Source: Tubiluchus corallicola (taxonomy: Eukaryota > Animalia > Priapulida). Taken from it: DNA of 64,000 bases. The DNA is taken from the NCBI GenBank assembly GCA_030141605.1, contig JAQGDQ010002372.1, positions 1 to 64,000 on the forward strand. Direction: 5' to 3'. The position numbers were made by a program, and so were the translations under genes. A model generated the notes under the pieces. It ran no database searches, had not been told where the DNA came from, and was given only the letters and a program-made list of their open reading frames with translations. Of this stretch, positions 36,069 to 51,245 are shown piece after piece. The number at the start of each line of letters is the position of its first letter. The stretch's first letter is position 1.

Positions 36069-37196
36069 AGCTAAGTCCTGTATTATTTATTTCTCAGTAC
36101 CACCAGGCCATAAATACTGTTTTTTATGTAGTATTATAGACTTTTATGCAGTGATAGAATATTTCTGCTGATGTTCCGTTTTTTTATTATTGTGTTGAAC
36201 GCCGATTCTACCCTATGTGCAGGTTCTGTTGTGTAGTTTCTTCGATCTATTTGCCATGTATTGTAATATATTTGAAATTAGTTGTATTGTAATGCGTTGG
36301 ATCGTCGAAGTTTATTTATTATATCTGTTCAGTTTGAATCAAGGAAGTTATAGATTTCAGGAAAGCAACGTCCTGGTAAAGAATTCCACATGTATATGCT
36401 AAGCATAGATTTTATACTGTTGATCATTCAAGACGAGAGACCATAATTTTTGAGTTCAGAAAAACAAATTAATTTCTAAACTGTGCATTAGGAACTGCAG
36501 CGCTCCAACAAAATAAATATTAAAGGTGACTTTGTGTTTGCTCTGCCGTGTAAGTAATGCTTGTATGATGTTACTATGACTCATCTTTCCATGAGATACC
36601 AATGGAAAGCGCATTTATATTCTTCTTCTTGCTCCTATTCCACGTATTTTCTACTGCCTCTTTTTTCAACTCGTTTTCTAACCCACTCTCTTTCTTATGT
36701 ATTATGATCGCTTAATAATCATCGTTTCCCTTTCCTTTCCGCCAATCTCTCTCAATCTCTTTTTCTTTCTATTTCTCTCTCTCTCTCTCTCTCTCTCCCT
36801 TCTTATCTTCCCTTCGACTTTCAAAAAATATCAATTTTCTGCTTCTTTTTGGCTCAGAACAACGTAAATGGGGAAAATCATTTCAAATTCTAAATCTTGT
36901 CTAAAATATTTCAGCGGAATGTTTATTTTCATTTGTCTAAAGTTTAGTTTATAAACAACTGTGCCTGAGAAAACGTACAACGTTACCTGCAATGTATAAT
37001 GGTGACACATCACTCCTGCGCCGTTATGAGAATTACGTGTCCCTTTTGACGGATTATAATTGTTAGTAGCAGGTGCATGTTCTCTGCATGGGTGTCTTAA
37101 TTAGTAGCATGCACGTGATAAATATGCTCGATCCAAGAACAAGACCTTTACTTTCGAGCAAAATCAAATGTTATATACCGCATTGCGCGCTAAATA

Positions 37197-37422
37197 CAGG
37201 GTCGTCCAGAAAAAATGTTCTTCCAAACTAACTCGTTATTTTCCATTGTAACTTCCTTAGCCTGGTAGAGGCATTTGTAAAACAGACCTGTAGGGAAATT
37301 CATAACTGTTGCAAATAGGAGAAACCGGCTTACACGATGATCTGGATCTCTTTTGCAAACACCTTTAGACTACCAGGATGAAGGGTAACAAGTTTATTTA
37401 CAAGCTATTTCTGGATCACTCC
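37197..37422. mobile_element. Short Tc1/mariner-type MITE remnant
   Basis: TA|CAGGGTCGTCCAGAAA at the left end and TTTCTGGATCACTCCA|TA at the right end (imperfect TIR). Confidence 0.5.
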
Positions 37423-38815
37423 ATATTAAATAAGCCCATTAGTCAGTTGGTAAAATGTCATTTATTTTTGGAAAAATTACGTTTAACTAAGAGAAGCAAA
37501 GTAGAAATTCTTCTTCATATGTCTTTATGTGATGTAATTCCGAAGTAAATTTAAACTAAATCCCAGAATGAGAAAATATCAAAACTTGTTGCACGTTTTT
37601 TGCTTTGGATGTTAGATTCTGTAAGTATAACAGCAAAATTTTGAAAACAGAATCATTTTTATTTTCTATGTTAAACATAAGGCTATCGATAGTATATAAG
37701 AATAGCTAGCTTGTTAACATTAAAACGGTTTATTCTGCTTGCCTGGCCAACTCTTTCACATTCAAACTATGTGTTTAACTTATTTCTGTTTATTTTTGTT
37801 ACATCAGCTATACCCAGGGGTTGACCAGTTCATTACGCAGAGTTACCCATTTGCCTTGTTTCTGACGGAATTCACTCATCAATTTTAGTATCACACTGAC
37901 ACGGTTTAATTATCAAACCTAAGGTACCACTGTTAAGACGGTTTGCTCAGCCAACCAGTTTATTTTTTCCACTGAAGCAGTTTTATTGTCACTCTGTATT
38001 TGCCTTCTTAAGGTGAGAGTGTATTTTCAGTTGATTTTATTCATGTATAATGTTAATTTTTGACATGTTTATTTCAACTGTTCTAGAAAAGCAGATTCTT
38101 CACACTGAAATGATTCATTTTTGCCGTTGTTGTGTTTATTTCGGTATATTAAAGTTTTACAGGCTTATATTTTTTCCAAAAACGAAAAATGGCCGAAACT
38201 GTCATGTTTAACTAAGCCAAAAACAATTTAACCAGTGCATTAAAAAGTGATAAAACAGCTACTTCTGCATTTGTTAGGCTAAAAGACTTTGAAGAATAAA
38301 CAGGAAAGTAGAGATTCGAGATGTTGTGTCATATTCAAAATAATGTATTGTACTGTAGAGAGCTACTAGTTATAAGTTCTGTAGAATTTATGAAAGTTTT
38401 TGCAGTAAAAGCTGCTGCAATGCAGCAAGAAGATTACTGGTTTTATTATATTAGAGCTATGCAAACTTCTCCCAAAAGCACTGTAGTTTGATCTAACGTG
38501 AAATAGATTACAGCTTACTACCTACGATTTTTCCATTGCTATGCTGGTTGCAAACACTTATCGCTGACTAAAACACTTGTGTCAAATCCAATATCCTTTA
38601 AAATCTGTAATTTTAAATTTCACACATAGTGATCATCTATAGAATCTCAACAGCTGCTGCTGATTGATGGTGACGCTGTCTTTCATATGATGGCGGCCGT
38701 GATTATGTGTTTATTTGATGTTTTGATGCTGTTAATTTTCAAAATGGCAAAGGAAAAAGAATGTTGAGAACGTTGAATCTTTTTAATCGCGACAGTAGCA
38801 ACGATAATATTAGAT

Positions 38816-39965
38816 ATGACAACGTATACTTTGGGCAAAATTAATAAGTATAATTACGCGTGCATTGTCTGTCGTAATGCTCTACAAAAAAGCTACTATA
38901 ACATTGTAAACTCACTTTCAAAGCTTTCAAAGAAACAAGTATTTATTCTTAGTTGTGATTTTAATAGTAGATGTAGCGTTGACTCAACAACAAAGACGAC
39001 GGCGTTGATAACAAACTTTATCAATGTGTTTCTACTTTAGCCAAATGTTAAATGAACTCACTCGTATAACACCATTACTGATTCCGTGGAATTATTTACT
39101 GAGTGTTACACTTCAAATCTTATCAGTAATTGTGACCACTACCCTATTTTCTGCAACTTACAGTTGAAAGTGATTTTCAAAGAAAAATATGTAGATATGA
39201 ATTTTCACATTGGCCCAGCTTGAACCAGGCAATTACAAACACTGACTGGGATGAAATAATTTCAGTTTCTGACATAGACCACATATGCACACATTTTAGT
39301 GAAAAGTCGCAATCATTATTAGATAGTCATATCTCATCATTGCATATAACCATAGAGACAAACTTTGTAAGAATTCCAAATGTACAAGACTCCGCCGGGT
39401 AAAAAATCGGAAATTGCATAAATTTAAGCAAAGATCAAATGATGAAACTAGACAATTGTATAACATCGCGAGAAACGAGTACGTATAAAAAACTCGCTTA
39501 TCCGAACACCTCAAGTAAAGCAGAGTGGAAAATACCTAAATCAGTTTATGCGCGCCAGTGTGCCGCCATTATTAGAAGGGATTAATATAATTACAATTGA
39601 CGTCAATATCTTGAACAGCTACTTTTCGGAACAGTCAACATTAAATGTAGAATCAAGCAGCAATTGACCTCCACTACAAAAGCTAGCGTGACAGCCATAG
39701 CAGCAGGGCCTGATGGTCTTAGCAACTTTGCATTGAAAAAGATATCTAATTGCATTTTAGTCCCATTTATTAAAATTTCAAATTTAATAACCAGTACTTG
39801 TCATAATCCTTAATAAATCACTGAAAAGTGGACATTTTTCTGAATCTCGTTTTCAAAAAATCATTTTCAAACATCTGTACAATTATCTAATCATTGACAA
39901 GAGTCTAACCAATCGAAGCTCTGAATTCAAATTAAATGATGACTCAGTCTATCAACTCTTATTAG
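38816..39965 (+). pseudogene. Highly degenerate CR1/L2-like LINE ORF2 fragment
   Basis: Frameshifted pieces in the expected order: VFILSCDFN, SNCDHYPIFC, LNQAITNTDWDEII...IDHICTHF, AAGPDGLSNFALKK, KIIFKHLYNYL. Ends at family A copy 2. Confidence 0.75.
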
Positions 39966-39998
39966 GCAGTCTATTAACATGAATTGTCAGGCTTATTA

Positions 39999-41052
39999 GG
40001 ACATGTACAAAAACGGAATGAAGGTAAAAATGGTCCAAGTAAACATGGCGCAAATTGAAAAATAGGTAAAAATGGCACAGGAAAAATTATATGGCGCAAG
40101 AAAAATGTCACAAATGGAAAAGTAGGTAAAATGGCACAGGCAAAAATGGAACAGAAAAAATGGCATAGTAAAATGAAACAGGTAAAATGGCATAGACAAA
40201 AATGTGTCACTTAGTAAGATATGCTTAGGGTTAAGGTTACAGTAGAGGATAATTATTTTAGATATTTTTACATCTGCCAAGAAAGTTATGCTTCAACATA
40301 GCTTGTTTGTTTGTTTGGCTGTATTTTCGCTGTTATGGCAAAAACTATCTAACATATTTCCAAGAGACTTTGTGAAGAAAGGCAGGTTGTAGGGTGCCAA
40401 AATGGGAATCTTTTTGTCGGTTCTTTTTTCGCAAAACTTGACCGAACTGCACGCACAAAAAACTTTCGTGAAGCACTTCACGGTCTCAGAGGGAGTGTTT
40501 AGTACTTGTTTTTTACTAGTTCCACGAGGACACACAACTACGAGTTAGTTCAAGGTTCCACTTCGAGAAAATTTCGCTTGTAAGCTGTGTAACGCTGTCT
40601 ATAATCTTTGCTTATTAATGCGTCAACATTATAAGGTGACTTAGTAAGTATATATTTGTCAGTCTATTACCGCCGCCATAATTAATGGAGGAAAAGGTAG
40701 ATAAAATCCCTAAGTGGAACATTCGTGCACTATTTTTTTATAAATCCATTTAGTGAACAAATATTTTGTGAGTCTTTTGATAGTCAATATAATACCAATT
40801 TATGTACATTTTTGTATGTTTGCTTGTTTATCTCTGTGTTAAATTTTTTGAATGAAAATAATCAGGTTAATTAGATAAGGATTGTTCTGCTTTGGCAGAG
40901 ATCTGCTTCCTACTGAGAACATTGAAGTTTTAGTATGGAAATCAATCGCATGAAAATAACATATGTGCCATTTTTCCTACTTTTTCATTTGTGCCATTTT
41001 TCCTGTGCCAGTTTTACCTGTGCCGTCTTTTCTTGTGTCATTTTTACGTACA
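39999..41052 (+). mobile_element. Family A TIR element, copy 2, with embedded Helentron-type segment
   Basis: AAATGGCACAGG arrays at the left end and inverted arrays at the right end. The interior aligns by eye with 59971-60829. Confidence 0.8.
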
Positions 41053-42216
41053 TTCGATTTTGCTTACTGCATAGTACTCTGCACAAACAATGTTAAAGCA
41101 GAATCATTGTAATAGTCATAGTGCAAGACAGCTAGAAAGTATATAATCTGATACAAAATTTATGCAATGTTATCGTAAATCCTCTAGAATCTGCCAAAAA
41201 TATGTAACTGTATGTAGATAAATTTTAAGAAAACGACCTTGTCTTAACTCGTTTTCAAAACAATAGTTAATGAGTCGGCTTTTCTCAATGAAATCACGAT
41301 CTCAGCACTCAGCAGTCACCGATGCAGCATCAGAACTGGGAGCGTAGTTAAGCCAAATTGTACTTTCGGGTCTTCGAGAGAAACTGTACAACATTCCTTG
41401 CTCGAGTGTCTCTTATATATAGTTAGTGGAATGAACCTTGGGAAAAAATTAAACAAGCTATTACAATAAAATATTTTCCGGTTTAACGTAAATAACTTGA
41501 CCATTCAGCTGAACATTTCAACATTTCTTTTCGGATCCTCTCGACTAAGCCACGACCGAAATGTTACATTGTTTCAAACTGTCTAAGACCTGTATAAATT
41601 ATATTTTTTCATCAAATGATTGTAACTATTATTACTAATTTAACATCAATATTTAATTCAGTATATATTACTAACATGTAATTATCATGCTTCACATGTT
41701 GTAACTTGCATTTTTTACATTACAGCCTAACATATTTTTAATTACTGACGTAGTTTGATAAGAATAAAATAATTTATGTTTCACACACAAAGAAAAAGGC
41801 GATGTACGTGCAGTATGAAATGTTGTAGAATTAGGTACATTATGTAACCCTGGCGTTCTGATTGTGCAGCTATTCTGTATTGATGAAAAACTATGGCTAC
41901 TACGAGTCGGATAATGGTAATAACAGTCATCATCCGTTGAGACAAAAAACGTAATATAAGGAACATAAAGAAGCCACCAAGAGCTTCTTGTGTGCTGAAG
42001 CATAAAGCTGCTAATAATGTAAGCAAGCGAAGTAACAGCTTGTGTGTGGGTGATTTACATCACATTGACTGAGAAAAGCTTCAATAAAATTATGCATATA
42101 CAGTATAAGGTTCTTGACTCTAATTGACGTCGCTTTCAATTTCAATTTATCTCCAGAAGATGTACCTATTAGAAGTCCACTAATACACTGATTATTGCGT
42201 TAACACTAGCTGTCAA

Positions 42217-42420
42217 TCTATATACATATAAATATGAGAATCGAAGATGAATGCGTGTGCGCGGGCGTTTGTGTGTCCTTATTCTGTACGCTAAGAATCA
42301 CCACAGTCCTGGCAAGGTTAACGTAAAATTAGGTCGTTGTCCCTCCATATGGCGACCAAAATGTCGTCCAAAATATCACGTTTAGGGTATTCTGCTATAT
42401 ATAATGTCAAATGTGTTTTT
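42217..42420 (+). mobile_element. 5' part of a non-autonomous Helitron-like element
   Basis: A|TCTATATACATATAAATATGAGAATCG... followed by GTGTGTCC, typical of Helitron 5' termini. The 3' end was not identified. Confidence 0.4.
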
Positions 42421-43875
42421 AAAAATTTTAGAAGGCCCCGAGTTCGAATATTGACGTCCCACACTATCCAGATAAAGACCAGTATTTCAGGCCAAAGTGG
42501 CGTCCAAAATAACGGTTGATGGTGAAAAGACCACTGGACAAAGAACCACTAGTTAAAGGACAACCAGTTAAAGACCCAGCTTCAGCATTTTAAAAATGGT
42601 CAAAGGTCAACGTGTCAGGAAAATGGACTGAGGACCGCTAGTGTTTGTGCTGACAGCAGCTTGAACGAAGTTACAACATATACTTACGTTAATGTCTTAC
42701 TTAATAAAATGTAGATGATAATTTTAGCCGATAATAATAATGATTGATAAAATATTTTTATCTTGTTTTATTTTCATTTAAAATTTATTTCGTACGTTAA
42801 CAATGTACGTGGTATGGTAAGAAAAGTTAAAACACCCAGCTGAACACAAGACTAAAAGATAAAAAAGCTAAGAAATTCACAAGACTGACAACAGGTTAGA
42901 GAACTATATGCTTTAAAAATGTTAACGCAAAGTTGTTTTCATGAAGTAGGCTTGAAGATGAAGATTTTTTTGGAGTTTCTAATATGAAAACATCGTTTTT
43001 TAACAGAAGGTGGTGGCCTAATTATCGTCGCCAGCTTGTCACAGGTTTGATTATTTTTTTAAACTATCACTCGTGAATAATTATTGCTGCGCGCGTTTCA
43101 GATTTCTAAAAACAAGACAGTCAAGTCATTTCATTTGTCGCCACTGGGAAATGTTTTAATGTTTGACGATCGTTACAAGAAAAGTATATCATTGCAAGAA
43201 AGGTATGGCGCATGTTACTTCTGCCTGATATTAATTAGTGTCTATCATCGATGAAAGCGTACCATCTATAATCTAAACTCCATGAAAGCGTACCATTCTT
43301 ATAAAAACAAACTTTGCTGTATACTACCGACTTCTTTCTTCTTGCGATAACCCCTTGGCTCCTGCGAAGTGCTGCATTTTATCTGAAGTTATTAGCAAAG
43401 AAAGATTAGTTAACAATAAAACTGAAATTAGTTGTTATGAGTTATACATGAAATGTAAACGTTGTTAGCTTAGACACACCCCAGCTCCAAGTCACAAAAA
43501 CACATACTATTTTTAAATGAATATTTTCCAGTTAAATGTCTAGTGAAGTTAGGCACTGTAGCAAGAAATAGCTTTTTATTAAACATTTATTAAAACTAAC
43601 CAATGTCAATTTGTAAATACAAAATACTGTCTCCAATCTGTTTTATTAAACATAATAAAGCTAAACTTAAACTTTTTATACATTTTAGAAATCTCTACAA
43701 ATTTAATTTTCTTATGTTTTTCGTTTTTTGTTAATTTTCGTTCTTTAAAACATAATAATTTATTTTCTAATTGTAGCACAATTGAATTATTCAATCCAGC
43801 ATTTTTGGCATCGTGAGTAGAAGGTGAGTCATGAGAAATAAATAATGCAGAACTTCGTTATTTATCCTGATGGTG

Positions 43876-44150
43876 AGTTTAACCTCTGCAAATAATTATT
43901 ATTTCAACACAAAGCAAAATGTATATCTATATCTCAAATGGTTTTTCGGTTGACATTTATGTGATCTGCTAATTTTTATTTGGTGGTTCTTTGACCAATG
44001 ATCCTTTGTCTTTTCAATTGAAACATTGACTAGTGTTCCTTTTTCTGAAGGCTGTTTAACTGGTGGTCCTTTGTCCACTTTGATCCTATGACCGGTGAAC
44101 CTTTGTCTAATGGACCTTTGACCTGTGGTCCTTTGACATGTTTTCCCTTG
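43876..44150 (-). repeat. Dispersed repeat family B copy
   Basis: Reverse-complement similarity to 35812-36068. Confidence 0.7.
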
Positions 44151-47100
44151 TGGCGCGACCGGGTTCAGATAGTTTATAATATAAGCCAACGTAAACTATT
44201 GTAGGCCTAAATCCGCTTGATTACGAATAGAGTTCATATAACAGCGTACGACTGAAAATAATTAGCAGGAAGTTAATAACAAAGAAATGGGGTTATCAAT
44301 TATGCGCAATTTATGACACGCATTTTTGATATTAAATAATGAACGCATATATTTGCATAAATTAATGTCAAGCGAATTTTAATTAAACCTAATCAAACAA
44401 CATCGATCCAATAAAAAGCTTAAATTTTTGAGTGTTTCAGAACGAGTTGGAGTTCTTTTGAAAGATATTCAGCAGGTCATTATTATCGCAGATTTTGGTA
44501 TTTTTGTGTTAATTTAGAATTATACCTAATTTGATTGCAGGTCTTAAAATTTTAAACTGAAACTAAAATGAACTAGGACTGGGACAGTCTTGTTACGTTT
44601 TCTCTTTTTGGTAGTTAACATGCAGTCAGTGAGCTTTTTCCTATCCTGCTATTGGTAGCAAATGGATATTGACTATTTTTTGTATATAATGTCACTTGCC
44701 CTAATTTGAACCCCTAATTGAAGTCACAAATACACTGATATGAGATAGAATACTGGAAATTTGCAATCGCTATAATGTTAGGTACCTTCACATTTGTTAC
44801 CAATTATGTAACTATATACACTGCTATTATAGGGTTGTTAACTAAATGCACTACGATAATTATTTATGATGTCGCAAAGGTGCTTCACTTACGTGTCAAG
44901 TTTTGGTGTTACATTAATAACGGAATTTCCAAATCAATTTATGAATCACTGTAACCGTTAAACTGCTGTGTCACAACACAGTATTGCGCATGCACGAAAC
45001 ATCAAAAAATCTACTAGAAACTGTACATTTGTATTTATTTCTTTTCCGGAATTAATTTATCCTGCGTTACCATATTATGAGAGACAGGATTACGCATGCG
45101 TTAAAATTACCCAAGTCATCCGCGTAAAGTTATTTAACCGAAAATTCAAATTTTAAGAAAATTATGTCGCAATGATTGATTAGTTCATAAAATGCCATGC
45201 GTTAGATTAGCTAGGATTTCGCTTGTAATTTACTTCGCACAAATTTTAAAACGTTATAATTACTGCATCAGAAAATCAGAATGAAGAAAGAATGCACAAA
45301 TTGAGGTGTAGGGACTGTTACAGCGATGGATCGAAATTCTTTTGAAGCTTATGAGTACCTTTATTTACATAATGGTTAACTCCACTATATGCAAGAAAAG
45401 TATAAAAGTCATAAGAGTCAATTTCCTTGTTCAGTTTCCCATAACATGGGGGCGCCCTTAACAAGTTTTCCCAGAGCAGTGTATAGTAGGAAAGTACTAT
45501 GCACCGCTCTGGTTATTCCTTGTGTCTCTCTAGTTTGATCTTTTATAGCTGCTTAACTCTTAGTCTATTTCAACTAAGCAGACTGTGTTTAAAGTTGTTG
45601 GTGCCTAATAATAGGCGACTTGTAAGGTTTTGTGACAAGCAACTCAAAAATTATAAATACAAGTGTCGTTAACTTAAAAATTATTTTTCTTGCGTTTCTT
45701 TGTTTGCTCTCGAAATGTGGGATTTTAATGTGATTAGACTAAAGCTTTTTGTGTATAAAGGAAGTTCTCGAAAAGCATATTATTAGAAATTAGTATTTGT
45801 TGATCTTTACTGTAGTTCCTAGCTAGAGATAAACTAAAGTAATTGATTAAAACATCATGATGCAAATACTTATTTACAATAAAGTTACAAGGTTAGACGT
45901 ACATACTGAATGACATTAATAATACGAAACAAAGGTTAGACGTCACAAATTTTACGATAATAATTATTAGTATCTAGTTAAGCTGTGCACAGTACTTTAG
46001 AGGACCTACATAAAGATAGCCTCTACGGCGGAAAAACCTGTTCCTAGCATTTTACGCACCAGGCTGGTTTAGCCTTAAGAAATTATAGTAGAATAAATCT
46101 AAATTTAACTTTGTACATACACAATAATTGTCTTATCGGAAAAACGTTTCGGACAATACTTATTCGACAAGCAAAAAGAAGCAAGAAAAGCACAGAAGGA
46201 ACAAGCAGTTATGGAGCATCTTCTAACTTGACATGTTATAAGAATGTTAGTTACAAACTATTAGGGAAGTCCGAAGTGGTAAAAAAGATTCATCAATATA
46301 GACGGTGGATGCCAGAAAAGGGTTGTCAATGAACTGAAGTTCATTACTGATATGAATTTTCGAAAGTTACACATAGTGCCTACTTCCTAGTCTTATTTTA
46401 TTTGACATCACATACAACGCTTAATTATTTACGAGATTTGAAAAAAACATGTAGACAAAAACGAAGTAAATACCAAACAGTGAAGGTAAACGCAAGACTA
46501 TGTAATGTCAAAGGATCAGCATCAAAATACCTGCAAAAAAGTGTTGTTCAATGGAGTTGCCAATACTATATACTTTTATTGATTCTCGTTTACACTCAAC
46601 CGCATGGTTGTAATTATTTTACAGTCCAAGCGTTAATTTACTATTTTGCCAAAGGTAAATATATTAATAAACATTCTTATGAACTAAGTAAGTTTTGTCC
46701 GTTCGTTACAATATTACTGGAACTTCAAGTAAGAAGTTCTAGCACGTTTGTCATCCAGGAAAAGCTTAACTATTATTCCTTCCAACATTTGTTATTTTGA
46801 CGGGTCTTCAGTTGTAGTTCAGAAAGAAAATTAGCATAAGCCTTTTGCCTTTTGCCAATTCACGTATCTTCTTTTAAAAGGAACCTGCTATCGTGAAATG
46901 AATTGCATAAGTTGAATTACTTCACGTAACAGTGGAAGTTTTCTTGCTTTGATGTGTTCATATACTTGCAGTTTCGGCTTTGGCGGCTTTCGGAAGCTTC
47001 TTCTCGTCATAGTGGTCTTTGCATCCATAATGAAATGCTCAAGACCACTCTTGAGATCCAGTCATTTTTGCAACATAGGATTTCATAGCCATTAAGATGC

Positions 47101-50100
47101 TCACTGTCATTGTTCAAAATCCCCATTGAGACCGGTAATAACATTACATAGCTTAACTGCGGAACTTAGCTGCATGGTTTCTTCTATTAAATAAACATTA
47201 AATTATTGATGAACGCAGGCATTGTTTATTAAATATTAATTTTTTTCAAACATTTTTCCAGGGCAGTGAATATCTAAAATTGAGACTAAAGTGCAATATA
47301 ATAATATATAATAATTTTACAATATTACAATAATAAATGATATAATATAAATTATAATAATTATATAATATATAATAATAAAATCAGATGTTGTGTTAAC
47401 ATAATGATACTAGTCTACAGTTATCATTACAAATTTTTTTACAAAAGAATACAGTTTGAAGATATCACTCAGTAGCACAGCATGAGGCGACAACTGACAA
47501 CTTTTACTTACTAGCTTGGTGATTTGTTATTTGGTCGGTACAGTACACGAATAAACATTTCAAAACTTAAAGTCCTGTTTTAACAAAATTTTTCAGACAA
47601 TTTCACTGATCATATTTACTGTATTCTTCGCTTTAAATATTTCATATTGTATTTAACTATTGCTTCATGCTCTCTTGAATGTTGCCTTCATGCCGTATTC
47701 AAATGAAGTAAAAGGATTTTTAAAAAAAAATTGTAAACTATATCATATACAGTTTTGACAATATTGTTTTTCAATTATATTTGTATTGAATTTGTGTATT
47801 GCATTTTGTATCGTTCTTTAGTATTGAATATCGTGTTTTAATTTTAATTTTAAAAACCACTAAGGATACCTACTCCTGAGGAGAGTGGAGAAATGTTTTT
47901 TAAAAACTAAATAGCTTACGCCATAATTGGTAAGTCATTTTCGGCTATTTCCGTATTCTCTTGACTCAGATTTCACTGGGTTGTTTCTATAATGGTCTTT
48001 GACAAGTTTCAGGAAAATTTGTTAGACAGCCTTCATGATACATGCATTGCGGCTTACATATCCCATTAAGAAATGACAGTCGTGTTTCCATTTACGATAC
48101 TTGCCTTAGAGAATGCGAAAGAAGAGATACAAGTTTATGACAATTGATGGATCAGAGTTATGTAGATCGCTGTCTTTATGCATGTCTTGATACATAGAAC
48201 TCTTTAAATGAATCAGTTTCGAATGGTTGAAAATTTGCATAAAATACTCATAACAGTTACATGCATACAAAACTAATTTGACATCAACATGGTGTGTATC
48301 ATAAAGAATTTTAGAAGAGAAGTGCTTAAAAAGCTTATTTCAGCTTGAACAAATATTTCCACGCTTATCACCAGAAACTTCAGGCTTGTATATACCTAGA
48401 ACTGCATGCAGCTTAGTTTCTTAGCTTACAGTTATAGATCGTTGATGTTACAGGATATGTTGTGCTATAATGTATCGCAAAGATTCACAGAGCAGACAGC
48501 TTTGTACTTCTTTTGAGGAGATGCCATTTTAAAAGTAAACAACGATCACTTTGAAAACCTATATCAGGCAGATTTCGCTAAGGAATAACTAGCATATCTC
48601 TTAAACACAATAAACAGCGGTCACTGTGCAAAAAACCATGTATCCCATTCCTGTGTCTACATTACACGCTACCTGTAAGGCGCTAGTTATCGTTGAGTTT
48701 TAAAAATAGCCCGCTCTCTGGTCCGCAAGGAAAAATACTTGAACAGGCAGGTATGTCAGGTGTTGCTACTGACCAAACTACTTGCTGTGTGATTTGAATT
48801 CTTGATTATTGCTTATAAATAGCAAAAAAGGGTGGACAACAACCCTAGAGTCATTTAGCCCAAGTAGGTCCTAGACTTTGTGTATGGTGTAAATGGCGGT
48901 TTATGGATTAGCTATAGGGATATGTGGATCAGTGGTTCGACTTCTGGCCTAAAAATTACCTCGAGGCTTATAAGCCTTAGACTATAATCAAGTAGGATTT
49001 TGCACAAATTACAAAAATTACAAGCGTTTTCTGCGTGGCAACAAACTTGCGAAAACAGATGTTGAAAAACTAACTTATACGTCCAAAATTTCTAGGTACC
49101 CATGGCTTCACAGACCCATAGCAGCTTTTTTACTTCTTGTTTAAAATGTACAACAAGCGTTTTGAAGAAGTACGTTCAACAGCAATCATAAAAATTCGGT
49201 CGCACGGTTTCAGTCTTTAAGTGACTCGAAGAAATTCGGCTATTATTATATCCCGCAAATGATTTTGCTTAAAGATAAAATTATGCACTTTGGAAAGATA
49301 TATTTAGAAATTACTTCGGAAAACTTATCGCATTACTGTTTTTAAACAAGAAAAATAAGCTTGTTCCTGCAAATAAGGAAAATAAGGAGGAATTATTATA
49401 TCACCGAGGGAGCAACACTTAATTCAACTAGCTTCCTGCACGGGCTGTGACTGCAGTTAAAAAATTTTTAAATGCGTCACAGTGTTTGTTGCAGAAGAAA
49501 ATTTTTGTACATCAAAGAAACTAGATGTGGCTACAAAACATTTGTCTTGATTTAATGCCCTTGCGGTCGGGTCTTTTTCACTTTTCATCTGTAACTTAAA
49601 TATGGCTACCGTGATATATCATGAAATTATACACGTATCATTACTTTCAGTGAATCGTTGTTTGCAGCCTAAAAGTTCCCAAGGAAAATCTATTGCTTCG
49701 GTTCTGCGTCAATATTGCTTACTACATTCTCTCCAGCGTGAAAAATTTAAAGATACTTCCGCTGATGATCCAAAGTCTTGCAGAATTTTTTGAAATGACG
49801 TGGAGGATGACTGTAGGATCACGAAATCTGATTATACCTTATCTATATTCTGCCGCAGTCACACGTGATTCAAGTAAAGCACAATCAAACAGTTAAACAT
49901 TTCATTTTTCTCTTTCTCTTATCAGTTTGCTATTTTCATTTGCATGTTTTTGTGTTTGTCCGTTCCCTTCAGTTCTTGCCCATAGTATACTCACTATACT
50001 GCCCTAGAGGCGAATATAGACGTGCCACAACTATAAACACCTTAGCAGAGTATTAAAATAAATTCCATTGAATATATTTTAAATTTTTTATCTTAGTTTG

Positions 50101-50173
50101 ATTCTCAAAGACTTAACTTGTTCCGTCGATTTCAATCCTTTCATTGTAATTCCAGCTATGTTTCCCTTTTTCC

Positions 50174-50288
<115 letters not shown>

Positions 50289-50454
50289 GTTTCTGACTCT
50301 TTCTTCCTACCTCCTTTTAACTACCGTTTTATATGAAAGAAATTCTGAAATAAAAGTTTAAATTCAAATTCAAATTCTCCCACTTTTCCGTCTTCTTTTC
50401 TCTTTTAGTAGTTATTCGTTTTATTTCTCATCAAAATACACATACATATGTTTC

Positions 50455-51245
50455 AAAATAAGAACTAAACAACGAACTTCCTTCTCGTTTTTTCTCGCTT
50501 CTACCAAGCATAAAAATTTGGGGCCATTTAGTCACGTACCAAAAATTGTTGTTCTAGCTCAAAAACTGTAAGAAGAGACAGAGCCTACGAAAAATTGACA
50601 TAATGCCTATTGTCATTGACCCTTTCAGCCGAGGTCATTGTTCAGTATTTCGTGCCCAACCTGCCATGCAAGTCCGGGACTTCACCTTGTTTACATTTTC
50701 AGTTATTGACAAAAACCTATTTTAGCACTTTTTCCATTTCACGTGACCTAGCCACGCCCACTCTGATAAATTTTTTGTGCACATCTACCCTTACTTGACT
50801 ACACGTTCATGCAAAAATATAGATTCCCAGTCCAACACTATAATAGAAGCTGAGTTATTTGGCCTATTTTTCACACTTTGGCCACGGTCACTGTGACCCT
50901 TGACCTAGAGGTCAGCTTTCCCATACCATTCTCTGAGTATCTTATCTGCCCTGCAAGTTTCGTGATTCTAGTTCTCACGTTTACGGAGTTACAGACATGA
51001 CCCAATTTTCTGACTTTAGTTTTTATTTCGGGTCCTTAACGAATTCCAGGTTTTAAAACCTCAGGTGCACATCTACTACACAGTGCCTAAATACTTGTGA
51101 AAACATTTTGGAAAAACTGGTAGCCCTAGGAGGAGATTTGGAGTTATAGAAAAACGAAAAGCGCCCGCTGCCCCTGGCCCTTCACCAGAGGTCAGACGCC
51201 GTTACTGCCGTGTCCCGCCTAGTTCTACCTATCCCGTGAGCTATA
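50455..51245 (+). mobile_element. Probable non-autonomous Helentron/HINE-like element
   Basis: Internal TGACCCTTGACC/GAGGTCA subrepeats, CTGCAAGTTTCGTG and GTTCATGCAAAAA motifs, and a GC-rich 3' segment ending CCTATCCCGTGAGCTA. Family assignment is by recall only. Confidence 0.45.

Noticed and set aside
46000-47200. Possible additional decayed LINE or coding region (ORFs 46111-46332, 46402-46800)
   Set aside because: No diagnostic motif or splice-consistent frame could be established by eye.
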